From contig CAWCIZ010000001.1 of the NCBI GenBank assembly GCA_963795855.1, forward strand, positions 512,001-576,000: a stretch of 64,000 bases of DNA. The letters are read 5' to 3'. The notes beneath the pieces are model-generated. The model was not told the origin of the DNA. It ran no database searches and saw nothing but the letters and a program-made list of their open reading frames with translations. Position 1 is the stretch's first letter. Every line of letters starts with the position of its first letter. The translations under genes and the position numbers were made by a program. Of the stretch, positions 37,446 to 47,593 are shown piece by piece. Source of the DNA: Vulcanimicrobiota bacterium (lineage in GTDB: Bacteria > Vulcanimicrobiota > Vulcanimicrobiia > Vulcanimicrobiales > Vulcanimicrobiaceae).

Positions 37446-38144
37446 CTACTCTGCTCCGTTCAGCCAGTGAAACGCGCTTCGCACGTGCGGTTTCGCATTG
37501 TTCTGCAGGCAATCGCCGTGTGCAACAATGAGTTTGTCAAAATCCCAGGAGAGCAGTTTGCGAAGCGATTCCCGGCCGAATTGCCGGCGAGCGAAAGAGA
37601 ACCGGATGTCTCTTGGCACGCCTGCGCCGAGCACGCCCGCAATCTTCAATATCGCGTTACGCACCGGCCGTCCCCTCTCCGCACGGTAATTTTGGATGTA
37701 GTCCGTGAAAATCAGCGTGCGCGATTTGCGGTGGAAAAACTCGACTTCGTCAAGGAGGGCGTTGCCTCTGAAGACGACTTGATCGAGTTCTGCGGCCCAT
37801 GCTGCAGGCGGATCGTCGCCTAACACGCCGTCGAACGACGAGTCGCGAGACCCGCGCGCGGCGCTGGGTGGTCCCCAAGTCTCAGCGCCCGGAAAGGCCG
37901 ATTTCCAGTCACGCAGACGCCACACGTGAAGCGGGGTGGGCGCGACGAGATATCGCACGCATCCGATTCGCGTTACGGCTTCCATCTCGGTTGGCGATGC
38001 GCAAACCGGTGAGTTTATCCAAAGAGAGCCATCCGACAACTTAACGACAATCATGCGCGTCGGGAGCTTGAGGGGACCAAAGACGCTTACTGAAGGACCA
38101 TCGGCGGTCCAAATATCGGGCGCAAACTCTCGCAGCGGCTCCAT
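37446..38144 (-). CDS. DUF4336 family protein
   Basis: TRMIVVKLSDGSLWINSP, EVEFFHRKSRTLIFTD, AHG. Confidence 0.88.
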   Translation of the reverse strand: MEPLREFAPDIWTADGPSVSVFGPLKLPTRMIVVKLSDGSLWINSPVCASPTEMEAVTRIGCVRYLVAPTPLHVWRLRDWKSAFPGAETWGPPSAARGSRDSSFDGVLGDDPPAAWAAELDQVVFRGNALLDEVEFFHRKSRTLIFTDYIQNYRAERGRPVRNAILKIAGVLGAGVPRDIRFSFARRQFGRESLRKLLSWDFDKLIVAHGDCLQNNAKPHVRSAFHWLNGAE

Positions 38145-38207
38145 TTCGTAACCGTATGTTATCGCATCGTTCCGGTACGCCCTGTAAAGACTTACGGCGC
38201 TCGGGCT

Positions 38208-38753
38208 TTAATCCCAAAGCTCTCCGGCGGGCATGCGAGCGAATCCGAGCGGGTAGCATCCATTCGGATGACGATCCTTGAATCGCCGGCACACCATGGC
38301 AAGGTATTCGAAATTCTCCCAGATCTCCGGCTGCTGCTGGGTGTGGCGGCGATTTGTGATAAGCGGCGTCATGCGCAGCCACGCAGTGAGGATTATGCCG
38401 CCCCACATATCTGCCGTGAACTCTCCGTCTAGTACACCACGCTTAACATACATGCCGACGTTCTCAAAAAAGTTTGCGACCGTGCGGGCCGGCTCGTATT
38501 GTGCCGGCAGAGGAACGGAGGCGAGCTCGGCGCGGGCGGTCGGATCGTCATACAATTTCGGCAGGTCCCGGAAAACGTAGCGTACGGCATCACGGAAGTT
38601 GTCCGTTTCAAACGTCTCACGAATCTCGTTGAGCGCAACGATTTGATTTGCGCCTCGCATATGCCGCAACTGGAAAAGTGCGGCAGTCGCGGACGCGGCA
38701 ACGACGAGCAGCGTCAGAAAGGACGCGATCGCGCTCAACCATTCCGGCGTCAT
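38208..38753 (-). CDS. DUF4760-like membrane-anchored protein
   Basis: N-terminal TM, NFFENVG, WENFEYLA; GGAG RBS. Confidence 0.7.
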   Translation of the reverse strand: MTPEWLSAIASFLTLLVVAASATAALFQLRHMRGANQIVALNEIRETFETDNFRDAVRYVFRDLPKLYDDPTARAELASVPLPAQYEPARTVANFFENVGMYVKRGVLDGEFTADMWGGIILTAWLRMTPLITNRRHTQQQPEIWENFEYLAMVCRRFKDRHPNGCYPLGFARMPAGELWD

Positions 38754-38818
38754 CTCCAGGCCGATTCGCTAAACGGGACTGCGGCACCCCGTTGGCCCTT
38801 CAGGTAATTCCGGTATTG

Positions 38819-40194
38819 CTATGGCTGCTTTTTGACTCTTGTAAGCTGCCCATTTTGGAGGACCGTGATTGCCGTTACTTTTCCATTCGCATCACGGTTG
38901 AACGTGATGATTGCATGCTGGGATGCCCAGGAATAGCGTCCTCCCTTGAGATTGACGAGTTGCTCGGGCGGGGCCTGCGGGATCTCGAGGTAGAGTCGGC
39001 CATTGTATTTGAAAATAAAGATTGCGAAGTGGGCGAAGCCCGGAACATTCGCGATAGGATATGTGCCGTTATACGGCGACGGTGCTTTTTTCACGAGTGC
39101 CCACTCGATCGGTGCGCTGACGGTCGCCGGCATGAGGATGTGCTCCGCAAGTTGACCGAACTGCGCACTATTCGGAAGGTTCACGAGCAGTACCATAGCG
39201 TAATGTCTGCGCCGATCGAATACGAGCAGAGCGCTGTATCCGCCGGTGCCGCCGGCTTTGTGAACGAAACCGTGCTGCAGAGACGTTTCCCAGGCGAGTC
39301 CTACCGAATCTTCGTTGTCTTCCGGCGCCCGCGCTTGCTGCGCGAAGAACAGGGAACGGCCCAATGGTCCCGCTGGAGCAGTCATGTTCGCCCTCACATA
39401 CACTAGCATGTCGCGCAAGTCGGATTCGATTGAACCGGCCGGGCTTAAAGCGCCGAGATCCCACGGAACCTGCGGTCGACCATCGTACGTGTATGCCGGT
39501 ACGAGGCGACGTTTCGAGACTTGCGAGCCGATTACAACGGTGTCTTTCATCGCAAGCGGCTGAAGGATTCGCCGGTCGACGAGTGTAGCGTAACACTTGT
39601 GCGCACGACCGACGAGAAGTTGGCCCAGAAGCGCGAACCCAAAGTTTGAATATTCGTAACGCGTGCCCGGCGCACGCGTGAGACTATAATGCTGGAGGGC
39701 ACTGTACAACATCGCCAACGTATAACCGGCGTATGGGTTGGCTGGGAGTTTGGTCGAGGCGTTCGGCGGGTCCGTCGGCAGACCGGCTCGATGTTCCGCG
39801 AGGGAAGCCAGCGTTATCGGGATGCCGTTGTAGGTCGGAGCGACGATGCCGGCGGGCAGATACTTCTGGATTGGATCGTTTAGCCGAACGGCGCCGCTTT
39901 GAACCATCTGCGCCAACAGCGTCGCGGTGAACGTTTTTGTAACTGAGCCGATTTCAAACAGGCTGCGATCGTCGAGCTGAACTGAAGCTCCTCGGAGCCG
40001 CGGACGAAATAGGTGCGGATCGTGCCTCCGCTAATCATCCCGAGCGCGACCAATGCCTTCGGATGACCTTTTGCGTAAGCTGTCAGCGTTCGCCGAATCT
40101 CGTTAGGAGAAGCGAGCGCATTCGGTTTGGCGATTGCAGCCGAAGGCAGAAATGCGATTAGCGCAGCGGCAATAAGGCTTGAAACGCGCGGCAT
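38819..40194 (-). CDS. secreted serine hydrolase, beta-lactamase family (frameshift near 39980)
   Basis: FEIGSVTK (SxxK), YSN, HKAGGTGG; signal peptide in the upstream frame. Confidence 0.88.
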
Positions 40195-40458
40195 CCATCC
40201 CCCGGGTTCTTGTGGGCGCTAAGACAATTTCGACAAGTAGTACGCCTTGGTGTAAGGAAATTCCGCGCGCGGCAGCTTTCCCCAATGAAATCTGCGATGG
40301 ACGAAGTGCCGGCGTCACCTCCTGACGATCCCTAAAGCGTTCCTCAAGCATGGGTTTGCCGGTCAAGGCCCCCCGGAGAAGGAGCGAATGGCTAATATAG
40401 GCTAAATTAGACCTATTCGGTCTATGTGTGCCCTTCGCCCAAAAAGGGGGGGTGACCC

Positions 40459-40905
40459 GTGAATTTTCGAGCGACGCAATTGCCTAAGTGCGCTGGTCTA
40501 GCGCTCATAGTCTTCGCGGCATGCGCCGGGTGCAGCGGGACGAAGCTGCAACCCTGCTCGTTCGGTCCGCCGCCCGGACCGCTCGGACCCCCGATTTTTT
40601 ACATGCTAACGCCGTCGGACGGTGCAACGGGCGTGCCCGATAACCTTGGCCAGATCGTTTTTGAAGGATTTGGGCCCAACCGCTTAACCCTAACCGGAAG
40701 CACTCAAACGATTCCCCTGATGTTGGAACCGGCTCCCACGCCGACCCCGACACCACCAGATGCGTTACCGCAGTCTATCGCGGTGCTTTCAACGCCGCTT
40801 TCGCCTAGCACCACTTACACCGCCAGTTACATCAGCACGTTAAGTTATAGCGGCTGTACGCCGCAAACCTACACGATGAATGTTGGATCGTTTACGACGC
40901 AGTAA
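40459..40905 (+). CDS. lipoprotein, GSFTT C-terminal family
   Basis: Lipobox-like AAC/AGC; PSDGATGVPD, LSPSTTYT, VGSFTTQ. Confidence 0.75.
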   Translation: MNFRATQLPKCAGLALIVFAACAGCSGTKLQPCSFGPPPGPLGPPIFYMLTPSDGATGVPDNLGQIVFEGFGPNRLTLTGSTQTIPLMLEPAPTPTPTPPDALPQSIAVLSTPLSPSTTYTASYISTLSYSGCTPQTYTMNVGSFTTQ

Positions 40906-40924
40906 CGCGTGCAGCCTTAGTGAG

Positions 40925-41518
40925 CTATGCTTGACCGCTGCCGGCCGTCAAGTTAGGCGACTCGCCGATAGGCCGGCGCCGCGCCGCGCTCTGCGACAAC
41001 GCCGCTGCTTGCAACGCTGCGACCGCCAGCGGAAGGCCGATCAGTAATAAAATTGCACCGAACGCCGTCGGCTTCCACGTCATATCCATGACCATCGCCA
41101 CTGCCAGTGACAGGTTGATCATCTCCCCAGCGGCGGCCACGGGATCGAACAGCGCCGCGCGCACCTGCGGCGTGAACTCAGGCGATGCAATCAACAGCTC
41201 TTTCAGGTGGATGTTGCGCGGTTTGAGCACGGTCGCGCCGACGACGCCCATGAGGACCACCGCTGCGATCGCAACGTCGATCCATGCCGACGTAAAACTC
41301 CACGAAAGCTTGGTCAGAGCAAGTCCCGTAACCAGCAGCGCCAGCCCCGAAAACGGCATGACCTTGGTGAGGGAGCCGACGGTGCGAATCAACATTCCGG
41401 CGACGGGCACCGTCGGCGCCTTCGGAAGCATCGAACGCAACACAAAGATTGCGCCACCCATAAAAAACGCAAAAACAACCGCGAGTAAATGGGCGAGCAG
41501 AAGCGATTGATACAGCAC
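40925..41518 (-). CDS. DUF2269-like membrane protein
   Basis: GGAGG RBS, GTG start; LAHLLA, LLVTG, MTWKP. Confidence 0.7.
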   Translation of the reverse strand: MLYQSLLLAHLLAVVFAFFMGGAIFVLRSMLPKAPTVPVAGMLIRTVGSLTKVMPFSGLALLVTGLALTKLSWSFTSAWIDVAIAAVVLMGVVGATVLKPRNIHLKELLIASPEFTPQVRAALFDPVAAAGEMINLSLAVAMVMDMTWKPTAFGAILLLIGLPLAVAALQAAALSQSAARRRPIGESPNLTAGSGQA

Positions 41519-41637
41519 GCGGCAATTCCTCCGTTCGGCGATATTTCGGTCGCGAACGTGCTTGGTCCCGCTTAGCGACGACAGCGGACGGCTCATCCGG
41601 GGAGGAAGCGATTTTCGTTCCTTTGGGAACGTGAAGT

Positions 41638-42279
41638 CTACTTCGCGAGGACAATGTGCGTGGCTCGGTCCGTCGGTACATGCTCGACTGTCCGATATCC
41701 CAGAGTGCGGAGATCTAAGCCGCTAAAGAGCGATTCGCCTTGGCCAAGCGCAATTGGAGCAACGGCGAGATGAATTTCATCCACGTAACCGGCCTGAACG
41801 TATTGCCGCACGGTCTCGACACCGCCGCCAATCTTGACGTCTTTTGCACCTGCCGCTTCGCGCGCCTTTTGCAGCGCATCCTCAATGCCGCCGGAGATGA
41901 AATAAAATGTCGTTCCGCCTAGCATGTCGATTGGCGGCCGTGGATAATGTGTCAGTACGAAAGTTGGCGCATGATAAGGCGGATTTTCGCCCCACCAGCC
42001 TTTCCATCGATCGTCCGGCCATTCCCCACGAACAGGTCCGAACATGTTGCGACCCAGGATGAAGGCACCGAAACCTTCCATTGCGCGTCGGGCGAACTCG
42101 TCATCAAGGCCCGTTTCGCCGCCCTCTTTTCCATGCATCTGATGAAACGTCCGCGTTGGGAAAAACCACTGAAAGATTTCATCGCCTCGCAGACCAAGCG
42201 GATGATCTAAACTCTGATCGGTTCCCGCAGCGAAGCCGTCAAGGGAGACACCCAGCCCGGCCACTTTTACTTGAGTCAT
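41638..42279 (-). CDS. dihydrofolate reductase/RibD C-terminal family protein
   Basis: SLDGFAAG, GRNMFGP, WWGENPPYHAP, GG. Confidence 0.92.
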   Translation of the reverse strand: MTQVKVAGLGVSLDGFAAGTDQSLDHPLGLRGDEIFQWFFPTRTFHQMHGKEGGETGLDDEFARRAMEGFGAFILGRNMFGPVRGEWPDDRWKGWWGENPPYHAPTFVLTHYPRPPIDMLGGTTFYFISGGIEDALQKAREAAGAKDVKIGGGVETVRQYVQAGYVDEIHLAVAPIALGQGESLFSGLDLRTLGYRTVEHVPTDRATHIVLAK

Positions 42280-42665
42280 CTAATTTGTGAACGCCTTGAG
42301 ATCTTGGTCCGAAAACAACGGACGGATTTCGATCGATTCGCCATACTGAAATGGGCAATGCGAAAGGCGTTCGACGAGCTCTTCCTTCGAGCGCGCTTCG
42401 AGCAGCCAGAAGCCGGCAACCAACTCTTTCGTTTCGGTGAAGGGACCATCGGTGATCTGCGGCTTTGCCCCTGAGTAGTTGATGCGGGCGCCCGCGGAGG
42501 TCGGCTTCAGACCGCCCATCTCCAGGAGCATGCCGTCGTTGATGAGCGTTTGATTGAACGCCCCCATTTTTGCTATGCTCTCGCTGAAGTCATCGGGGAA
42601 ATTGCCGCCTTCGTAGCGCGCAGACTTCGTCCTTATTCGGTTTGACCATGACCAAGAATCGCATG
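42280..42665 (-). CDS. YciI family protein (frameshift near 42630)
   Basis: MRFLVMVK start with GAGGAG RBS; TDGPFTETKELVAGFW, IEIRP. Confidence 0.85.
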
Positions 42666-42963
42666 AGTCTCCTCTTCGTTGGGTGCTCTCTACCTAGCCG
42701 TCGAACGGAACGGCACGAAATCGACATCGCCGGGAAAATGGGCCACCAACTTCCGCCTTTAGCGGCATAATTCCTGGCCTCAATCGCGTCACTCCAGACG
42801 CGAACACTCTAGAGGCGCGCCACCTCAATCCTTTCAATTGATCGCGGCAGCCTACGCAACCGCTTGTCGTCATATTGTTGAAGTAACGCGGTCTTTGCGG
42901 CGCCTCCCTTGCCGACGAATAGCCGCCACGCTGGCATTCCGCCAATAGTTGGCGTTTCAGTGG

Positions 42964-43377
42964 CTAGTGATTGCCTGCCAATTGCATTCGGATGACGCCT
43001 TCGTTCCATTCGCCCCAGCGCTCGATGATCCGTCCGTCCGCACAACGCACGATCTCGATCCCCTCAAAAAATACGCTCTTTCCCGTAGGCCCGTGCCCAA
43101 AGAAAACATCGCTGTGCGTTCCGGTCGCATGCCATCGGATCGCACTAAACTGCTCGTGATCATCAATGACCAACGCATCGATTTCCGCGCAAAAATCTGG
43201 AAAGCAGCGATAAAGATCGGTTAATCCGGATTGAAAGTCCGTTCGCCCTGCAGCACGCGATGCGGAAGAGCGATCGACAAAACGTGGGTCGTGTAATTCG
43301 TCGAAGCATGAAGGGTCGCCGCCACGCCACAACGCCATCCAGCGCTGTGCAAGATGGCTGATCTCTTCTCGCGTCAT
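42964..43377 (-). CDS. SnoaL-like ester cyclase
   Basis: FPD, GTHSDVFFGHGPTGK, GRIIERW. Confidence 0.85.
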   Translation of the reverse strand: MTREEISHLAQRWMALWRGGDPSCFDELHDPRFVDRSSASRAAGRTDFQSGLTDLYRCFPDFCAEIDALVIDDHEQFSAIRWHATGTHSDVFFGHGPTGKSVFFEGIEIVRCADGRIIERWGEWNEGVIRMQLAGNH

Positions 43378-43641
43378 CCTTATAGCAGCGCGGCGTCCCT
43401 TCGAAATATTTTTGCCTGGCTTACTCATGCAAACCGCGCCCTCTTTACGCTTGCCGCGGCGACGCCTCCGTGCACAAGCGGCGCGCCGGCGTTTTCGATT
43501 TGTTTCTAATGGCGCTCCAGCATCCTAGTGTCCCGCCGCAGGTTTGGAATTCCAACCCCCCAGATTCTATATCACTTTCACGGCACGATGACTGACGGCC
43601 GTATTTGCTCGTGGTTACGCAGTACCGGTAATACCGCGGCG

Positions 43642-44745
43642 TCATCGTGTTACGTTTGGCGATGTTAATGACGCCGTTTCAATTTCGCCTTTGGATTGCT
43701 GCGACTTCAGGGATGCCATGTCGATCGAGAAGCGGTATTTCACATCGGATTTGAGCAAACGCTCGTAGGCGTTGTTGAGATCGTGAATCGCTATGACTTC
43801 GACGTCCGACGTGATGTTGTGCGCGCCGCAAAAATCGAGCATTTCCTGCGTTTCAGCGATACCGCCGATGTTCGATCCCGAGAGACTGCGCCGTCCAGGG
43901 ATGAGGCTAAACGCTGAAACGCTGAGCGGCTCCGGAGGGGCGCCCACCAAGGTGACGTTCCCGTTCGGCGCAAGGAGGTCTAGATACGCATCGATGTCGT
44001 GGCGTGCGGAGACGGTGTCCAGAATGAAGTCGAAGGTACCGGCGTGTTGTTGCATCTCGGTCTCATTGCGTGAGATCACGACTTCGTGCGCGCCAAGGCG
44101 TAGCGCGTCTTCCTGTTTGCTCGGCGAGGTGGTAAAGACGACAACGTGGGCTCCGAACGCGCGTGCAAACTTCACCCCCATGTGACCGAGACCGCCGAGC
44201 CCGACGATACCGACTTTCTTGCCTTGCCCAACGCCCCAATGACGCATCGGCGAGTACGTGGTGATTCCCGCGCACAAAAGTGGTGCAGCACCGGCCAAAT
44301 CGAGATTTGACGGAATGCGCAGCACAAAGCGTTCGTCGACGACGACGCTGTCGGAGTAGCCTCCGTACGTAACGCCGCCGAGGTGCCGGTCGGGAGAGTT
44401 GTACGTCAGAACCTGATTCGGACAATTGTTTTCGTAGCCGGCTTTGCATTGCTTGCAGGTTCCGTCGGAATCCACAAGGCAGCCTATGCCCACGAGATCA
44501 CCGCGCTTGAATTTCGTTACCGCCGTGCCGACGTTTGTGGCGCGTCCCACGATCTCGTGGCCGGGAACGATCGGGTAGACCGTGCCGCCCCATTCATCGC
44601 GCACCATATGCAGATCGGAATGGCAGATTCCGCAAAAGAGAATTTCAATCTGCACATCCGCCTGGGAAACATCCCGACGTGGTATGGTCGTCACCTCAAG
44701 CGGTGACGATCTGCTGTTCGCTGCGTATGCCTTTGCTTTATGCAT
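43642..44745 (-). CDS. Zn-dependent NAD(P) alcohol dehydrogenase (YahK/cinnamyl-type)
   Basis: CGICHSD, GHE, APLLCAGITTY, GLGGLG. Confidence 0.95.
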   Translation of the reverse strand: MHKAKAYAANSRSSPLEVTTIPRRDVSQADVQIEILFCGICHSDLHMVRDEWGGTVYPIVPGHEIVGRATNVGTAVTKFKRGDLVGIGCLVDSDGTCKQCKAGYENNCPNQVLTYNSPDRHLGGVTYGGYSDSVVVDERFVLRIPSNLDLAGAAPLLCAGITTYSPMRHWGVGQGKKVGIVGLGGLGHMGVKFARAFGAHVVVFTTSPSKQEDALRLGAHEVVISRNETEMQQHAGTFDFILDTVSARHDIDAYLDLLAPNGNVTLVGAPPEPLSVSAFSLIPGRRSLSGSNIGGIAETQEMLDFCGAHNITSDVEVIAIHDLNNAYERLLKSDVKYRFSIDMASLKSQQSKGEIETASLTSPNVTR

Positions 44746-44753
44746 TTTCCAGA

Positions 44754-45152
44754 CTATGCTCCTCTATATTGTTCGTCGCTAACTTTCTCGAGCCACGTAG
44801 CGGATTTGCCATCGAGTTTCTCGACGATCGCGATATGCGTCATTGCGGTCGTCGGCGCCGCACCGTGCCAATGCTTTTCGTCAGGCTCGATCCACACAAC
44901 GTCGCCGGGCCGAATCTCTTCGATCGTCGCACCCCATCGCTGAACCCGGCCGCAGCCGGCCGTAACAATTAGCGTCTGCCCAAGTGGATGGGTGTGCCAA
45001 TCGGTACGGGCGCTTGGCTCGAAGGTGACGTAGCCGGCCCATACGCGCGCCGGATCGACAGCGTCGATGAGGGGATCGATTCGGACTGAGCCCGTGAATG
45101 TTTGAGCGGGCCCCGCAGCGGACGCCTGAGAACCTGCGCGTTTAATGTCCAT
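44754..45152 (-). CDS. cupin domain protein
   Basis: [27 protein letters not shown]. Confidence 0.93.
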   Translation of the reverse strand: MDIKRAGSQASAAGPAQTFTGSVRIDPLIDAVDPARVWAGYVTFEPSARTDWHTHPLGQTLIVTAGCGRVQRWGATIEEIRPGDVVWIEPDEKHWHGAAPTTAMTHIAIVEKLDGKSATWLEKVSDEQYRGA

Positions 45153-45224
45153 AAAACGAACCTTACTCCAACGCAGAGGCGCGAGGGAAGATGCGACTGA
45201 TAAGGGCCGCCCCGAATGGCGGCC

Positions 45225-45351
45225 GCTGGAATCGTTCGCAAGCGTCCCATCACACACGACAACGAGGTAAAAGACGAATCCGCGTGCCGTCGAGTACTTC
45301 AATGGTTCGATCTGCCAAGATCGCCGCATCGGTAATGAATGCGGCCTCACG
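45225..45351 (-). pseudogene. decayed fragment paralogous to the C-terminal part of 51723-53539
   Basis: [19 protein letters not shown] / [10 protein letters not shown] versus EAAYITDPQTLIARTVQVLEQHAEASFARL; broken by stops and shifts. Confidence 0.65.
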
Positions 45352-45434
45352 CTAAGCGTCACGTTTTCGTCAGGCTCATCGCCAGAAAATACACTATAAT
45401 TGGTTTCGGCATGGTTCCTCCACAACCACGCCCA

Positions 45435-45474
45435 TGACACAAGAGCCGGTTCAACCGAACCGGCTCTTGTGTCA
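45435..45474. repeat. perfect 18-bp inverted repeat
   Basis: TGACACAAGAGCCGGTTC-AACC-GAACCGGCTCTTGTGTCA. Confidence 0.9.
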
Positions 45475-45488
45475 GGTTTAGGTCAGGT
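45471..45488. promoter_or_regulatory. GTCAGGT-N4-GTCAGGT direct-repeat box (copy 1)
   Basis: GTCAGGTTTAGGTCAGGT; second copy at 51457. Confidence 0.55.
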
Positions 45489-45539
45489 GAGGGCGCGTTT
45501 GTGCTAGGTTTTGGGCGCACCGGCAGATAACCTGAGTCC

Positions 45540-47010
45540 ATGTCGCCAGACTTAATGCGCTCCCGCTTACGCGATCTGCGCAAACGCCGCGGGCGGTTCG
45601 GTTCTCCGGCAAACGCAGAGGCAGAAATTGCACGCCTTCTTTCGCGTTTGGTTCCCGGAAGTTTGGAACGAAAAGCCTTCCAACTTTCTGAGGTGAGTTG
45701 CCTGCCGTTCAAGGGCGTTGCCGACGCTTTGGGCGTATCGGAGCGGCACTTATATCGTATTCGTGTGAGGCTGTTCGAGCAATTGGCCTTGGAAGAGGAG
45801 GCGGTTTCCGTTCACACTGTGATTTCCGGAGAAGAACAGTGTATTGAACTGGCGCGTGTTCTAGTCTGCTACGGCCATCCTGCTCGCGCTTTCGAAATCA
45901 CCGACCGTTTGCTGGATACCGAAATGCCTGCCGCCCAGGCGGTCGAAGCACTGGCGACTCGCGCGAATGCGCTGAGCGGCCAGGAACGATACGATGATGC
46001 GCGAGCATCGCTTGAGGAAGCACGCTCGCTGCTCCATCGCCTTGACGATCGTGCAGCCGACAATGCTCGACGGCGTATTACTATGGCCGAGGCGTACGTG
46101 CCGTATCGAGACGGTTTATCCGACGTCGCGATCGATTTGAGCGAACGTGCCGTTCAGACCTACGTTCCGAAAGACCAACTCGAAGCGCGTGAGTATGCGC
46201 GCAATTTGATATTCTTGGCGATTCAGCACGAAGAGGCTCATAACCCAAGACGCGGATTGGAATGTTTGGCCAAGGCGTACGCCGTCCTTACCCGGTTGCC
46301 GGTTCCACCCTCAGCGGAGCTCGCGCAAATTTTGGTGCACCGCGCGTTGTTGCGGCTCTGCCGTTCCCGATGAAGCCGCGAACGCGCGCTGCGACGCTGA
46401 GGAAGCGCTGCGCATGGCTCAGTGGCACGGACTGCGTTACGAGGAAGTCTGGTCGCTGCTCGTTCTGGCGTGCCTCGCGGATATGGCCGGCAAGCCGCGC
46501 GCGGCGCTTCCAATGGTCGAGCGCGCGGTCGAACTTGCAGCCGCTTCACTCAGCGGAGATCCGTTCATCCGAACTCTTTTCATTACGGCTAGAATCGAAG
46601 GAGCGTGCGGGCTAGGTGAACGCGCTCTCGAGCGTTTGGAGCGCGCGCGTCCGTTAGCAGAAAACCATGGGCTTCTTCGCGGAATCCTCGAGGTGGCAGA
46701 GGCGCGTGCGCGGCGCCAACGCGGCGAGGTCCCCGAAACGATCACGTCGGCTACGCGCGCCATCGATGCGTTGGAGGGCCGCGCCAGAACCCATTATCTG
46801 GGCATTCCATACTTGGCGCGAGCGATTGCGCACGAAAAAATCGGAGTGCAAAACATCGACGACATCGATCGGGCGCTGTATTATCTGGACTGCGGCGGCT
46901 CGTTATTTGACAAAGCCCGCGCGCTCGAGTTGTCGTACACTGCCACGAAGAACCGCCGCCACCTCGAAGCGGCGCGCGAACTTCGGCTTACGGCGCGCGA
47001 CATCGCTTAA
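45540..47010 (+). CDS. putative regulator, N-terminal HTH plus TPR-like helical repeats (frameshift near 46355)
   Basis: FKGVADALGVSERHLYRIR HTH; A/L/E/R-rich helical repeats in two consecutive ORFs. Confidence 0.72.
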
Positions 47011-47099
47011 CGAGGGGCGCTCGACTGTCATTGCGGCTCGATGGCTGCTTGCGAGTGCGTGCGTAAATATGTTCTCCTGAAGCGCCGTCCTTTCAGCGT

Positions 47100-47534
47100 T
47101 TAGCGCGTCGTAAACGAACCCAGCGCAAACGTCTGATGACACGCCGTGTCCGTAACGTTGACCGTGTATGTGGTCGACGACGCGAGCGATGGAATTCCCG
47201 AAATAAAGGGCATGTCGCCACTTGGGACGGGCTCCGCCCCCGGCGGGTTCGTCGGGCTTGGCGAGGGTGGGAGCCAAGCCGGGCCGGTAACGGTAATGTT
47301 CCCCGCAGCGGTAAGCGCCGGTCCGGTGAACTGCGAGGACGGGTTTGACGGATAACCGACCCAGACGTCGAGATTGCCGTCCGGTTGTTCGGTGGACGAT
47401 GGCGCCGGATACAAAAGTGCCGGTCGCTGCACGTTTTGGCATGCGCCGGTCATGAGTGTTGTCGTGCCGGCTCCGCCGCATGCAGTTACTGCGGCCAGAC
47501 CGGCAATGGTGATTAGAATTATGCGTGCATTCAT
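47100..47534 (-). CDS. lipoprotein, GSFTT C-terminal family
   Basis: Lipobox VTAC; LLYP, LASSTTYT, LGSFTTR; lies downstream of the TonB receptor. Confidence 0.8.
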   Translation of the reverse strand: MNARIILITIAGLAAVTACGGAGTTTLMTGACQNVQRPALLYPAPSSTEQPDGNLDVWVGYPSNPSSQFTGPALTAAGNITVTGPAWLPPSPSPTNPPGAEPVPSGDMPFISGIPSLASSTTYTVNVTDTACHQTFALGSFTTR

Positions 47535-47593
47535 GTGAGCCCCAAGCAGGGCGGGCGGAGCGAACCATTATCTGGTGCGCTCCGCTTTGCGTT

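Noticed and set aside
42694..42945. 83-aa ORF
   Set aside because: No RBS or recognisable motifs and atypical composition; likely spurious
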